In this document: positions 12,607 to 27,982 of the stretch, one piece after another | Layout: each line of letters starts with the position of its first letter | Numbering within the stretch: the stretch's first letter is position 1 | Source of the DNA: Balamuthia mandrillaris | Taxonomy: Eukaryota | DNA: 64,000 nucleotides | Direction of reading: 5' to 3' | NCBI GenBank assembly: GCA_031835245.2 | Contig: JAVKOQ020000106.1 | Location: forward strand, 1-64,000 | Program-made: the position numbers and the translations under genes | Notes under the pieces: model-generated | Seen by the model: the letters and a program-made list of their open reading frames with translations, nothing else | The model's database searches: none | Told to the model about the DNA's origin: nothing

Positions 12607-13137
12607 TTACTTGGCAGCCTCCTTTTCCTTCTCCTTCTTCTTCTGGGCCTCCTTCAATCTCTGGGCAGACACCACAGAGCCCATCTCGTCCCTCTTGCGG
12701 ATGGCACGACGGTGGGAGCCGAGCTAAACAAATCAACATATTTCCAGTGAGGAAACGAACAACTGGAACAGAGAAATTTTAAAAAATAACTCACCTTCCT
12801 CTTGGCGAGCCTGAGGGCACGCTTATCCAAACCTACTCTCATCAACTCCATAACTCTCCTCTCGTAGGGAGCGAAGCCGCACACATCCCGGATCAGAGTG
12901 CGAGCGAACTTCCTGCTCTTGCCAACGCGCTGTGCATCGATGAATCACCGAAAGAATTCAAAGGGAAGGTCAGAATGAGGGATGAGAGATGAGGAATGGG
13001 AGCTGAGAGTAAGAAAAATAAACGAGATCACGTACTCCCTTAAGTTCGCGGTTGCGAACGGGCAGCTTGCGCTTGGTTACGGGGTGTCCTCGCTTGAGGC
13101 CGACGGCAATGCCGTGGGGAGTCTTGACGTTGGTCAT
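12607..13137 (-). CDS. RPL36: 60S ribosomal protein L36 (eL36), 3 exons
   Basis: [15 protein letters not shown] | [32 protein letters not shown] | [17 protein letters not shown] at 12607. Confidence 0.97.
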
Positions 13138-13269
13138 TGTGTATTTGTAACGTGCGCCGCGCGAGAGGATCAGAGGGACACCTGGACGGATTTCTTTGGG
13201 GGAAATAATATTTTGGCTGAGAGGAGAGAAGAGAAGAACGGATGAAGATGCACTTCTTGCGCTGCCCGA

Positions 13270-13987
<718 letters not shown>

Positions 13988-14077
13988 TATCGTGGATCAA
14001 AAAAACAAAAAAAAATATTTAAATAAGTTGAGTTCATCTTTACATTCTTTCTTTCCTTGCCGAGAAAGTGTTGTTGT

Positions 14078-17000
14078 TTAGCGAGCAGCCTTTTGGTTGT
14101 TGATCTTGTTGCGGTCGTGGTCCAAGGTCTGGGGCGGGTCCTTCATGTTGGTGGTGTGGCACCAGCCTTCCTTGTGGCCTTGGTCCTGGCCACCCTCCAA
14201 CTTGGCGTACTTCAGTTCCGTTGTGCCATCGTTTGGTGTGTGCCTGTTTCATGTTTGTTAGAAGAGGGAGACTGAGAGAGAGAGAAGAGAGAAACGAACA
14301 AGATGAGATTGGAAGCAGTGACGCAGTCGCTAAAGAACCACCAATCCTCGGTGTATTGGCTGGTGTAGTAGAAGACCTGGCGACGAGCCTCCAGGGGGAT
14401 CTTGGACAGCCAATTGCCCGCTCCATCCGTCGTCAGATCTATTCGCCAGGTTAGAAATACAAGAAGCAAGAGAAGAACAACATAAACTAATGGATGGACA
14501 ACGAACAGAAACAGAAAGAAGAAATATAGGAAAAACAGGAAAGCAAATGAAAGAGGCTTCCAAGTATTACCATAGTTGCTGCCACAGCCAAGGCCAAAGA
14601 CAGCTCCCAAATCGGCCAAAGTGCCAGCCAGGGAAGTGCCCCGGTAGGGCGATCCCGTCGACTGCAGTATTCTCTTATTGTCGTCCACCTCATAAGGGTC
14701 GGAATAATAAGAAGCAACGCTGTTCTCATCGTCGTCATCGTCGTCATCGACAGGGATGAGATCCATTGTGCTCCAATAGTAGGTGAAGAGGTGGAGAGAG
14801 GCCATGCCGCCCTGGGAATGGGCCAACGTGCTGAAGCTAGGGTAGTTGTCGCCTAGATCTGCAATCTTGCGAGCGAACTCGTCGATGCTGATGCTTTTAC
14901 TACATGCGTGTTATTATGGTTAGTTTGGCAGAGAAGACAAGGAAGAAGAGGCGGAGCTGTACCCATAGTCTTCAAAAATGGCATAGTCAGTAAAGTCTTC
15001 CAATGGCCATGGATTTGCCGCTGTTTATTGTTTGGCAACAAGAATAAGAAGACGAAACAAAACCGAAAAGAAAGGGAAAAACACTTACAAGAACAATAGC
15101 CATGAACCAAAAGCAGCTTTCCTCCTTCAACTCTGGAACTAGGTCCAGTGGAAGAAGCAGTGGCCTTGTTCTTTCGAGTGGCAGCCAAAGCACGAAGAGC
15201 ATGAGGATGAGGTCCTTTGGTCATCTCATGAGTGATGGGAGGTGTTACGGAATAATCGAGCTTCAGCAAAGAATACAGATGTTTTTGGTCGGAGAACTGA
15301 ACTGACATTTCATCTCTGTTGAGTTCAAATAAAGAAGTTAATCGCTTGAGAGAGAGAGAGAGAGAAGAGAGAAGAGAAAAATGCAATACCTGCCGGCGAG
15401 CAGAATGTTCTCCAGTGGATCTTGCAGTTGGATGTTACGAAGGGTGAATGGAGGGAAAGCCTTGGCTCTTTGCAGCCATGCCGTGTTAAGCTCCAATGTA
15501 AGGGATTGACCACCAGTTGTTTCATCTATTACTCACCATATAAGTAGCTTGACAAAAAATAAAAACAAAAAACAAAACTAACACAAATAAAACGAAAACA
15601 TACCGGTAACAACATCAGCCATGGTTTGCACCCAGGCAATCGGCACAGCATTCTGATTGGCCTTATCCATGCCCCAGACCTCGGCATAGGTCTTGACCAG
15701 GCCGGTATGACGGGGAGGCAAAACCTCCTCCTCCAAGCGCTCCACGGCGAGATGGAACTGGATAACGTTTCGGGCGGGATGACGCTCCGCGGTCGCGCTT
15801 TCGCCCAGATGGATCCATGGAGGAACCACGTTGAACACGTGTGTTGTGGTTCTCAAAAACTCGCGTCCTACAGAGAGAAGAAGAAGCAAAGAGAAAAAGA
15901 GTGAAGAAAGCATAGGAAGGTAAGAAGAACGAAGTAGTACGAGAAAAAACGATAGGACAAACCTTTGTAAAAGCCTTTAATGTAGGTTTCAGCAACGTAC
16001 TCTCCATCTTCAAAGGCATCGAGGGTGGCGCCGTAAACGCCATCGTTGCGCAACAAGTCTGAGTGGATGCCGTCATCGTGCATTCGCATGGTCACACGCG
16101 TTCCATCAGGCAAACGCACTTCCATATCCTGTAATACAATTAAAAAGAGGAGCTTAGCTCAAAGAGAAAATGGAACAGAGAAGAGCAAGAGGAAAGAAGG
16201 AGATACCGCTTCAGTGACGGCATTAACAAGAGGGAGAGGATTGTCGCTGTCGATCAAAGCACTGCCATTTGCCGCAACAAGGGAGGATGGCAGGGTCTCA
16301 TCGTAGAGCTTGGCAAGAAGACCCACTTGTTGGTTTCTTCGGAGGTTGTACGTGTTCAGTTGCACCATTACCTATCATACCGGACTTGTTAGTCAACAGA
16401 GCGAGGGAGAGAGAGAGAGAGAGACATGGAAAACCATTAAGAAGAAAGAAGAAAGAAGAAAAATAGAGACCTTGAAAGGACTTTTGTTGCCGAACAACAA
16501 GTAGATATCAGGAATGACTTCATTAGCGCGCAGCTTCGGTTGAACCCTGCTCTCCAGTTTGATGTCCCACAGACCTACCTGTGGCTCTGGGAACCTATAT
16601 AGCATTACAGACAGAGACACGACGCCACAGTGAGAAGAAAGAAGCAAAGAAGAAAGGAGAAAAGAAGCGTACGTGTAGGTGGTAACGTTCATGGAGGCAG
16701 AGTCCATGCCGAACAAATGCTGGGAGCGGGAGAGCTTCGTGTCGCCCCGCGCAAAGACCGCGTCGTCCAGCAGGGTGTAGCCCCTCTGCTTGGGCGGGCG
16801 GACGAAGAGGCTCAGGTTGGGCCGCAGGTCCTCGTCGCAAAAGACCGAGAGGGTGAACTCCACGTCCGAGTCAACTGGGTAGCTTCCTGTTTGTGTTTTT
16901 TTTTTTTTTTTCAATGTGAAAAATCAATAAAATTAGATTAGAAGGAATGAAAAATGTAATGGAGAGAATGATGAATGAAAGAAAACACACACACAAAAAA

Positions 17001-17422
17001 AACAAACCATTCCAACGCCAAAGGTCTTCTTCTTGGATCAACAGTTTCACTGTTCGTTTCGCACAAAAAAAACAAAAAATCAATCAAATGTTTCCCCAAT
17101 GGTAAGGGGGGAAAAAAAAGAGTGTGTGAAGGAGTATTCTTTGGTAGGGTGGGAGTGTACCAGGGATGAAAGAGGAGGAGGAACGAAGGGCGGCGGAGGC
17201 TGGGGAGGGGGCATGGTAGTGCTTGAACTCCTGGGGCGGGCCGGCCAGCTGCTTCCTCCACCCCCGCTCCCTCACGCGGTCCACCTGCAACACGGCTCCC
17301 CCCTCGCACGGCCTCATCACCTCCAGCTGCAAAACGAGCACCACCAACAACAACCCCAAGACTGAGCAGGAAGAGGCCATCTTCATCGACGCTATAGCCG
17401 CAGCGGTAACGGTAGTGGACAT
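14078..17422 (-). CDS. Conditioned medium factor (CMF/CmfA)-like secreted protein with a C-terminal alpha/beta-hydrolase-like domain, multi-exon
   Basis: Signal peptide; KQLAGPPQEF; MHDDGIHSDLLRNDGVYGA; KLLLVHGYCS; LAHSQGGMASLHLFTYYWS; GLGCGSN; NDGTTE...GWCHTTNMKDPPQ..DRN..AAR*. These match recalled CMF-family motifs. Confidence 0.85.
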
Positions 17423-17701
17423 CCTTGACAGAAGGCAGGAAGGAAGGAAGGAAGAAGACCTGAGGTCCGTTGCTTGCCTGCTCTCTCTCTCTCTCTCTCT
17501 CTATAACTTCGTATAAAACTATTTTAAAAAGGGAAAAAAGATGCGAAAAGGCGGAAGAAGAAAGCGGAGGAGAGGTTTCTTCTTCTGTTATATTACACGT
17601 TTGTGCGGTTTCATTGTTGAGGTGAAGTCTCCTCCCCTCCCCTCCCTTTTTCTTTTTTTTTTTTTAAAAAAACTCAAGTGTAGTGATGATGATTTATTCT
17701 C

Positions 17702-20192
<2,491 letters not shown>

Positions 20193-20556
20193 GGCCTCTC
20201 TTGGTTCTCCTTCTTCTTCCTTCTTCTTCTTCTTCTTTCTTCTTCTCTTCTTCTCTGGTTGCAAAGGCCTTGTGCGCTCAAAAATGAATGAGATCGACAA
20301 TGATCGGATGATGTTTGATTTTTTATTTGCATTTTCATTGAGATCTGATGTTTTCTGATTTTTCGTTGGATGCCTGTTGGTGCATCTGTTATACGTGTTT
20401 TTTTATTTCGCTTTAGCTTTGAAGGAACTATAGTCCCATTCTTCACCATCTTCCGCCAGTGTCTTCTGTGCTGCTTTGAAGGCGAAGCGGTGTATGTTTC
20501 GTTGCCGTTTCTTTCTTTCTTCCTTTCTTTCGTTTTATAAACATACATACCATCCA

Positions 20557-23197
20557 TCAACAAAACTCATCTTCAGAAAGAACAACAATCTTATCGTGCT
20601 CTCCCAACACCACCTCTTCATCTTCGCCCAACGCTGTTGTTGGGTTGATAACGGGTTGACAGTCTCCGCTCCTCATAAAGCCGATCGCCAACTGTCGTCG
20701 TTCTCTTGCCACTTTCTGAATGTTTTTCCATGAAGCAGTAAAGGTCGTCGAAGAGGAAGAGGAAGAGGAAGAACAACAATACTTGGACGCAGGAAGCAAA
20801 TAGATCTCGTTTCCTTCTTCAGCAAACAACTCAGCAAAGACTTGACAAAGACCTGGTTGCTCTGAGATCTGCGTCAACAGCCGACTGATGATGAGAGTGG
20901 AGAGCACAAACTCGGCTCCGTTGTCTCCCGAGAGAAGGTCCTCTGAACGAGGATCAAGTATCTCGCTGATGATCCTTGGCTTTCTCTTTCTCCTTCGTTT
21001 CTGGAATGTCCCTAACATTGTCTTGCTGTTGCTATTGTTGGCTTTGTTGTTGCTGCGGTTATTGGAGAGAGTAAAAACTGGTTGTTCTTGGTTGAAAGCA
21101 CTGGTGAAGAGGTCTTCAAAGAGCTCGCTCAGCAGAAGGACCGTAATGATGGTGTGAGCATCGGCTTCTTGTTCGTCGATGGTGTCGTCGGCTAAAACGA
21201 TGGCACACTTTAGGTCGAAGAAGAGTTGTCCCACTATCTCGCGAAGTGGAGTTGGTACCGTTGGGTCTCCTGTTGAATGCATACAAGACTAAGACAGAAC
21301 AAAGAAGAGCGAACACAAACCAGGACGAAGGACAAGAAGAACACAGACCAAACCTTGAACCCAATGAATGGTTAAGTTAGGGAAAGACATGGCGTCGATA
21401 TCGGCCACCATTTCATCGTCGCGATCAGCGATAGAGGAACCGGGCATCAAGTAGATTCGACTGCCATGAGGCACGTAGTTAGCGAACTCGTGCAACACAG
21501 TTGGCAACTTCTTTGCATAGCCACATATCAAGAACGTCTCTGGATGTGCGTGCTGCCTTTCTTCGTCCTCCTTCTCTTTTTGTTTGTGCTTCACCTCTTC
21601 GTTTTCTTCTTCTTTCTCGTCTTTTCGTTCGTACTGTTGCAACAAACTTGTTGTTTCGTCATCGCTGTTGCTTTCTTGTTCTTCTTCGTTGCAAGGGCGT
21701 AAGTCAAAAGCTCCTCCACACTCTGCAAGTACAAGCACCTCGTCCTCTTTCTCCAAAACAAACTCATCACTCGGATTCAACACCGTCTTATACTCAAATG
21801 TATGCTCATCCGCCTTTCCTCTGCTGCTCTCCTCCCGCTTCCCTCTTCGTTGAAGACCCAGCACGACTGCTCCTTGAACCCTTTCCTGCAACTCTCCAAA
21901 CTTCCTTCCTTCCAACTCTGGAAAGTTTCGAAAGTAAAACTCGGACCCTACATATGTGAGCAGCTCAGCATAGATCTTGGCCAGTCCTCTTTGTCTTGAA
22001 GTCTGCACCAGGATGCGGCTCAATGTGAGTTGAGTGTTGACCACGATGACCTTTCCTCTGCCCAAGCGCTCGATGACTGCTCTTCTTCTCTCGTCTTTGA
22101 GCTCGATGACGATGGCTTGACTGTTACGAAGAGGAGAGCCACAGCCACCACTTCCTCCCCCGACGTCCACGCGACGCAGGGCTAAGAGAGTTTTGATGGC
22201 GGACATGTCGGAAAGGCCTTTGACGCCGCGTTCCACTTGGAGGCGGTGTTCCTCTTTATCAGCGAGTATTATGGTACATCTGGCTCGATCGGCTCCTACC
22301 TTTGTGTTTGGTGGAGTGAATGCGGGTAGGGAGTTACGGCGTTAGCCAATGCTATATAACAACGACCGTGGCCAACATCGAAACGAGGACAAAGAAAGTC
22401 GTGGCATGGCATGAAGCAACCAGACTCAACAAAGAGAGGGAGCTAACCTTGATGAGGTCACGAGGGTAGTGAGGAGAGCCCTGCCGAACCACCACCGACG
22501 TATTCAACAAATCAGGCAGGTTTTCATGCACCATGGCCTCCACTTCCAGCTTGTCCTGCTCCGACAAAATGACCACCGAGCGACCCAGCTTTCGGTTCTT
22601 CTTGTTCTTCTTATCAGCATTGGCCTCATTCCAGTTCAGCTGCCGCAACTCCTCCAAGATGACCAGCAGCTTCTCTCGGTCGAAACCGAGGATCAAGGTG
22701 TGGTCCTTGTCGATGACTCTGCTCTTGCCACGGCGCAACTCCTCGAAGCGCTCCTCGATGGTGGTGTTGACAAGGCCGATCAGAGAGGCCACCACGGCCA
22801 GCCCGCAGAGCGTGGTGAACACCGAAACCGCCCGAACTGCCGCTCCATCGTAGTACCCTGTTGTTTCCTCGTCTTCGTCTTCCTCGCTTCTTGCTACAGG
22901 AGAAGAAGAGGCAAAAGAGGAGGTTTCGAGTGAGCCGGTATCAATGACACGAACCATGGACCACCACATGGCCTCGCCAAAGTGGAAGGAGGGGTCGGGG
23001 ACGACGAGGTCGGCCAGGAGGGCGCAGAAGGTGACCAGCAGGAAGGAAATGCCAAAGAGGGCGAGGAAGCGGGCGTACTTCTTGGCGGAGAGGAAGTAAT
23101 CCACTTTGTAACGCAATTTGTCGAGCAATGAAGGAAAGTTGGCATCTTGTTCCTTTGTTGTTGGTGTTCCTTCACCTCTGGCGTCCGTTCCTCTCAT
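20557..23197 (-). CDS. CASTOR/POLLUX (DMI1)-like cation channel with tandem RCK domains, 3 exons
   Basis: KLRYKVDYFLS; AMWWSMVRVIDTGSLE (pore); LIGLVNTTIEERFEELRRGKSRVIDKDHTLILG; ILVQTSRQRGLAKIYAELLTYVGSEFYF; EADAHTIITVLLL; ELFAEEGNEIYLLPA. Confidence 0.9.
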
Positions 23198-23462
23198 TTC
23201 CTCAAAGCTTTGAAGAGGGCAAGAGGAGGAGGCCAAGAAACAGTCTCACGGTGGTGCGGCCCCTTCGGCAGCCCTTTTATTGGTGAAATGCTTATTGGAT
23301 GGTGTAATGACATCATAGTTACCTAAAAATGGAATCCATGACATCATATTCAGATCGGTCTCACGATGTGATCTAATGCGTCATCCATTGCAAAAAAAGG
23401 GAAAGTAATGATGTGGGCTGTCGACAACAAAGAAGAAGCGGAAAGAAAACGGCGAAGAGAGA

Positions 23463-24448
23463 ATGTTGGAAGGCTATCGGCGCTACCTGGCCACCAAACG
23501 GATCGTGTTGGCTTCGGCTTCCCCGCGAAGGCAAGAAATATTGCGTAATCTCGTTCGTTCCTTCTTCCTTCTTCTTCTTCTTCCTATGTTTTTTTTTGTC
23601 ATGATGTTTATTTTATTTCCTTTTGAAAAAAAAAAAGGGATTACGGTTTGAAGTGGTGCCGTCTTCTTTTGCAGAGAATCTCGACAAGTCCGTTCTTTCG
23701 CCAGCACAATACGTCACAGCCACAGCCTCTGCCAAAGCGGAGGATGTGTTCTCCCATTTTACCTACAAATCTTCATTGGACTCTGAACAACAGCAGCAGC
23801 ACCACATTCCTGATCTGATTATCTCAGCAGACACCATCGTGGTGCGTGAGGGCGAAATCCTGGAGAAACCGACCTCTGAGGAGCATGCAAAGGCCATGTT
23901 GCGGAGCCTCAGCGGCAGAGAGCACAGCGTCATGACCGCGGTGGCATTGATAGTGCCCAAGGAGGTTGACAGCAAACTCACTTCCTCCGCAGCAAACGAG
24001 AGTAGCTCTGCCTCTGCTTCTTCTTCACTCAACATGACCACGCTGTTGGAAACAACTCGTGTTCATTTTACGGACATGTCTGCTGAAATGATTGATGCTT
24101 ATGTGGCCTCTGGTGCTCCTATGTTTGTTTTTCTTCTTCTTCTTCTTCTTCTTCTTCTTCTTCTTCTTCTTCTTCTTCTTCTTCTTCTTCCTTCTTCTTC
24201 TTCTTCTTCTTCTTCTTCTTCTTGTTCTTCTTCTTCTTCCTTCTTCTTCTTCTTCTTCATTATTGGTTTCTTGACCCTAAAACGAAACCGCACACAACAG
24301 GGACAAAGCAGGTGGATACGGCATCCAGGACGCGACTGGCGGTTCGTTCGTGCGCCGCATAGAGGGTTGTTATTACAACGTCGTCGGCTTTCCTCTGCAC
24401 CGTTTCTGTTTGGCTCTTCTGGAACTGTTGCAACAGAAGCGGCTTTGA
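23463..24448 (+). CDS. Maf-family nucleoside triphosphate pyrophosphatase (YhdE/ASMTL-N-like), 3 exons
   Basis: IVLASASPRRQEIL; LIISADTIVVREGEILEKP; MLRSLSGREHSV; PM|DKAGGYGIQ...IEGCYYNVVGFPLHRF. Confidence 0.93.
24132..24259. repeat. (CTT)n microsatellite in the Maf intron
   Basis: Near-perfect trinucleotide run read directly. Confidence 0.9.
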
Positions 24449-24702
24449 TCTGTTTCTTTGAAGAAAAAAAGTTTGAGGACGTTAAGCAAGAGAGAAGAAA
24501 GAAGAGAGAAGAGATCGAAACAGAAACAAGAAACGAAAAGAAGTGTAAATGAAACAAAGCAACTTTCACAGATATTCTAAAAAACAAAAACAACAAAAAC
24601 AACAAGTTAAAAAATTAAAAAAGACGTTGGCGGGAGAAAAGGAGGAGGATAAAAGGCGTGAGAGTTTTTTCTTTTTCTGTTTTTTTTAACGTTTTGTTTC
24701 GT

Positions 24703-26318
24703 TTAGTCGTCGTTGTCAGATCCGTGGGAGGTGCCTGTGGCGGTGGATTCCTCCTCGTCCTCATTTCCGTTGGTCAACATCTCCACGAGAATGTCGATGT
24801 AAGTTTGTATGGTAGCGGCAATAATGGCTCCCTATGGTTTGGCGAATTGGGAAAGAGCGACGAGAAGGTAAGCCGAAAATGAAAAAAAAATAAGGTAAGG
24901 AAAAAGAGGAGGAGAAAGAGAACCTGTTTGGTCTCAAAAGTGTACTTCGTAGCCTCGGACTGGACGCCAAACTCAAAGGCGAATGTCGTGGAGGAAGACG
25001 CCCAGCTGCAAATCTCCGTGAATGGGTGTGAAGATATCAATTCCTGTTTAAAATTTTAATGTTATGTCGATGAAGAATGAAAACGTAGAACAGGACATAA
25101 GAAACAACAAAAGAACAGGAAATGCAAGACTTAAACAAAAAACGAACCCTATCCTTTGGTTTAAGAAGAGAGATGCCTTCAGCATTGACGCCGATGATGA
25201 CTTTGCTGGGAATTCTTCTGCCACAGTTGATGGCCTTGCACGGCGGATAGAATGTGGTGCCGTAAAAGTCCAACTTCTTCGCAAATCCGATGTACTCCCT
25301 CATCGCCTCGACTTCGCTCTTTCCAATGTGTTTCTTGTGTTCATCAAAGATGGCCTTCTCCCAGTCGGCAGGTCTGTTGTTGGGGAACAGTTTCTTTGGC
25401 ACGTATTCTTTCAAGTTTTGGCTGTTTTTTTAAAATGTTACCAGTACGGTCCAAAATGAAAAAACGAGAGAACAACGAAAAGACAAAAAACTAGACTAGA
25501 AAAAGAACGGACCTCAAAAAGCCGGGCTGGTGAGTGCCGGGGTTGTGATCAGAATAGACAATGTGAACCTGCAAGCCAGCAAGCTTGATAGCCTCTTCTA
25601 CACTGGTTGGATATTCAGAGTTGATGATGTTTGCCAACGCCTATTTATGTCGAGAGGGAAGAGTCAGAAACCAAATGATTTGTCATCCAGTGAGTAGGAC
25701 GCACCTGAATGAACAAAAGTCGAAGAGCTACGGGATCTTCCATTTCTTTGTCGTCGTCTCTGATGAAGGTCTTCTTTTTAAACACAAACTTGGGAGCAGC
25801 GTCTCCCCCTTCGCTCGGCCAGGTCTTCATCAGATCGGCTGGCTTCTCGTCGGGTTCCAAGCAACGCTCTTGTGAAAAAAGCACCAATTTCAGCAAAAAA
25901 AAAAAGCACGCGTATAAACATAAGACAACAAACAACAAACAACAAGCACACAAGACAGACGTCGACATAAAAACGGGGAGAAGGGGAAAGAGGGCAAAAG
26001 CTCCACACGAAAAACAGAAGATCGAAAGGCAAAAAAAAGGCAGATATTTTACCCCAATCGTTTTTCTTTTCAAAAATAGCGAATGTGCCGTGCTCTTTCA
26101 GCTCCAGTTTTTCAATCACCGTCTTGAGGAGGTCATGGGCGGTGGCGTTTGAGTCGATGGCAAAAGCCTTGACTCGAGAGTCCATAAAATTTACACGGAC
26201 CACCGTTCTTGACTATAAACGCGATCGTTCCAATAAAAAAAAAGATGAGAAGGCAAGGGAGAAAAAAAACTGCGATAGGAGAAAGAGAAAGAGAGAGAGA
26301 AAATGTGTAACAAACCAT
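24703..26318 (-). CDS. Stand-alone FERM-domain protein, about 7 coding exons
   Basis: VRVNFMDSRVKAFAID; FVFKKKTF; DPVALRLLFIQ; AIKLAGLQVHI; YIGFAKKLDFYGTTFY; IIGVNAEGISLL; ICSWASSSTTFAF; FETKQGAIIAATIQTYID. The first coding exon contributes only the ATG (26318-26316). Confidence 0.9.
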
Positions 26319-27647
26319 CTTTGAGAGAACTGTGCAGAAAAAAATATAATTAAAAAATACAAAGAGAAGTCAGGGTTTTGTTTGTTGACTAAGCAACGGC
26401 AGATGCTGTTTAAGAAAAAAAAAAGTAGAGGAGGGGGTGAGGTTAGTACGGTCGCTCCAAAATCCACGCAGACCAACCAAAAACTGATAACAAAAAAATA
26501 ATGATGATTCGGTGGTGTCTCTCCAAAGGGGGGGAGAAAAAGTAGCGTGCGTTCACTCTAAAATAAAAAATTGACGGCAACAATAAGCTTCAGAAGGAAA
26601 GATTCGAATCTTCACCGCATAAAATAAAAATTAAAGCAACAAAATCACGGACAATAACTTGTTTCCGATCTGTTGGTGTCCGAGATTTGCTGGTGTAACA
26701 CGCAACGGTGCACAGCAAAAATAGAAAAAGAAAATAAAAACGAAACGTCGATCTCCCCCTTCTTCTTTCTTTTCTTTTGGATGATAACAAAAACACAAAC
26801 CTTTCCCAACAAGTTCGTTCAGTCGAAGAAGAAAAAGAAAAAAAAATAAACAAAGTAGAAGCAGATGAGATTGGGAACCACCAGCTACTTTCTTGAAAAA
26901 AACAAAGTCGGGGGGTAAAGAATAGAGAAGAAAGCTTTTTTTTTTGTCTGGTGTGCGCTTTGCCCCGCCCCCCTTTTTTTTGTCGTCTTTGTCTTTCTGT
27001 GTCCACTACAGCAACAAAAAAAACACCCCTTTATTATTTTTTTTCAGAGTTCAACCAAAATATGAAATTTTCCTTTTTGTGATCATTTTGTCGACAAATT
27101 TACTATATTTGGTAAAGTTTAAAAGCGAACAACAGAACGAACCGCCCAGAAAGAACAGTACAAAACAAACAAGTGCGGCGAAACAAACAAAAACGCAACA
27201 GAGTGAACGCGAACAACACAGAAGAGGGAAGGGGTGGCCGTTTGTCGCGAAACGGACGGTCTTAGAGCAGCACCGAAGCATTAAAAATCCGGCTTCTCCG
27301 CGTAAAATCTGCCGCGCAACGTTGGAGTGCGTTTCCCGACACCCTAATAAACCCGATTTCATAATCATGGCAAAAATTTCAAAAATGTGCTTACATCAGT
27401 TTGTGATTTTTTTGGAAACTATGACGTAACACACGGAGTTTCCCAACCCCTCGACAAACAGGTAAACTTTTTTTTTCTTTCGTTTTTTTCTTCTTGTTTT
27501 CTTCTTTTTATTTTACAGCATACAACGAACAACGAATACACTTGCGGTACCGGTAGCTGCTTCTGGTACTTTTCCCCGTCTCTTTTTGTGGTGTGTGTGG
27601 TTTTTTTTCCTCCTTCGCTGCACGAAGCGCGAATTTTTCGTTCACAA

Positions 27648-27723
27648 ATGATGAAAAACAATTGGTCCCAACAGTCTGAAGACAGTTGTGAAGACATCCA
27701 ATTTGTACTCTATTTTTGTCTGA
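27648..27723 (+). ncRNA. Box C/D snoRNA, predicted LSU rRNA 2'-O-methylation guide
   Basis: C box ATGATGA 27648, D' CTGA 27676, C' GTGAAGA 27688, D CTGA 27720. D' guide GGTCCCAACAG is antisense to the conserved LSU segment CUGUUGGGACC. Confidence 0.75.
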
Positions 27724-27908
27724 CGCAATCAATGTTTCATCATCGTCACCCTCTTTCTCACTGCTCGCCCTCTCTCCTCAACTCCGATCTCTTACCTTTC
27801 TCTCTCTCTCTCTCAGCTGGACGCTGCTGTGTCAGTGTGCTACACAAATTGTACGCTCTCTTTTTTCCCCCTTTACACTTTCTCTTCTCTCTCTCGCTCT
27901 CTATTTTG

Positions 27909-27982
27909 CTGATGACAACCACTGGGCACTGAAAAAAATCAATATGATTACATCCCAAAGAAATCAGAAATCTTTTGTCTGA
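27909..27982 (+). ncRNA. Box C/D snoRNA, snR76/SNORD88-like LSU Cm guide
   Basis: C box CTGATGA 27909, guide CACTGGGCA followed by D' CTGA 27929, C' ATGATTA 27944, D CTGA 27979, short TTTG/CAAA terminal stem. The guide is antisense to LSU UGCCCAGUG. Confidence 0.75.

Noticed and set aside
20310..20358. ATGATGT...CTGA as a third C/D snoRNA
   Set aside because: Too short, imperfect C box, no recognisable rRNA guide, and it lies in a promoter or 3' gap.
27387..27932. 181-aa plus-strand ORF over the snoRNA host region
   Set aside because: It starts at a non-ATG codon, runs through T-rich introns and gives a Phe/Leu/Ser-biased translation; a spliced non-coding RNA explains the region better.
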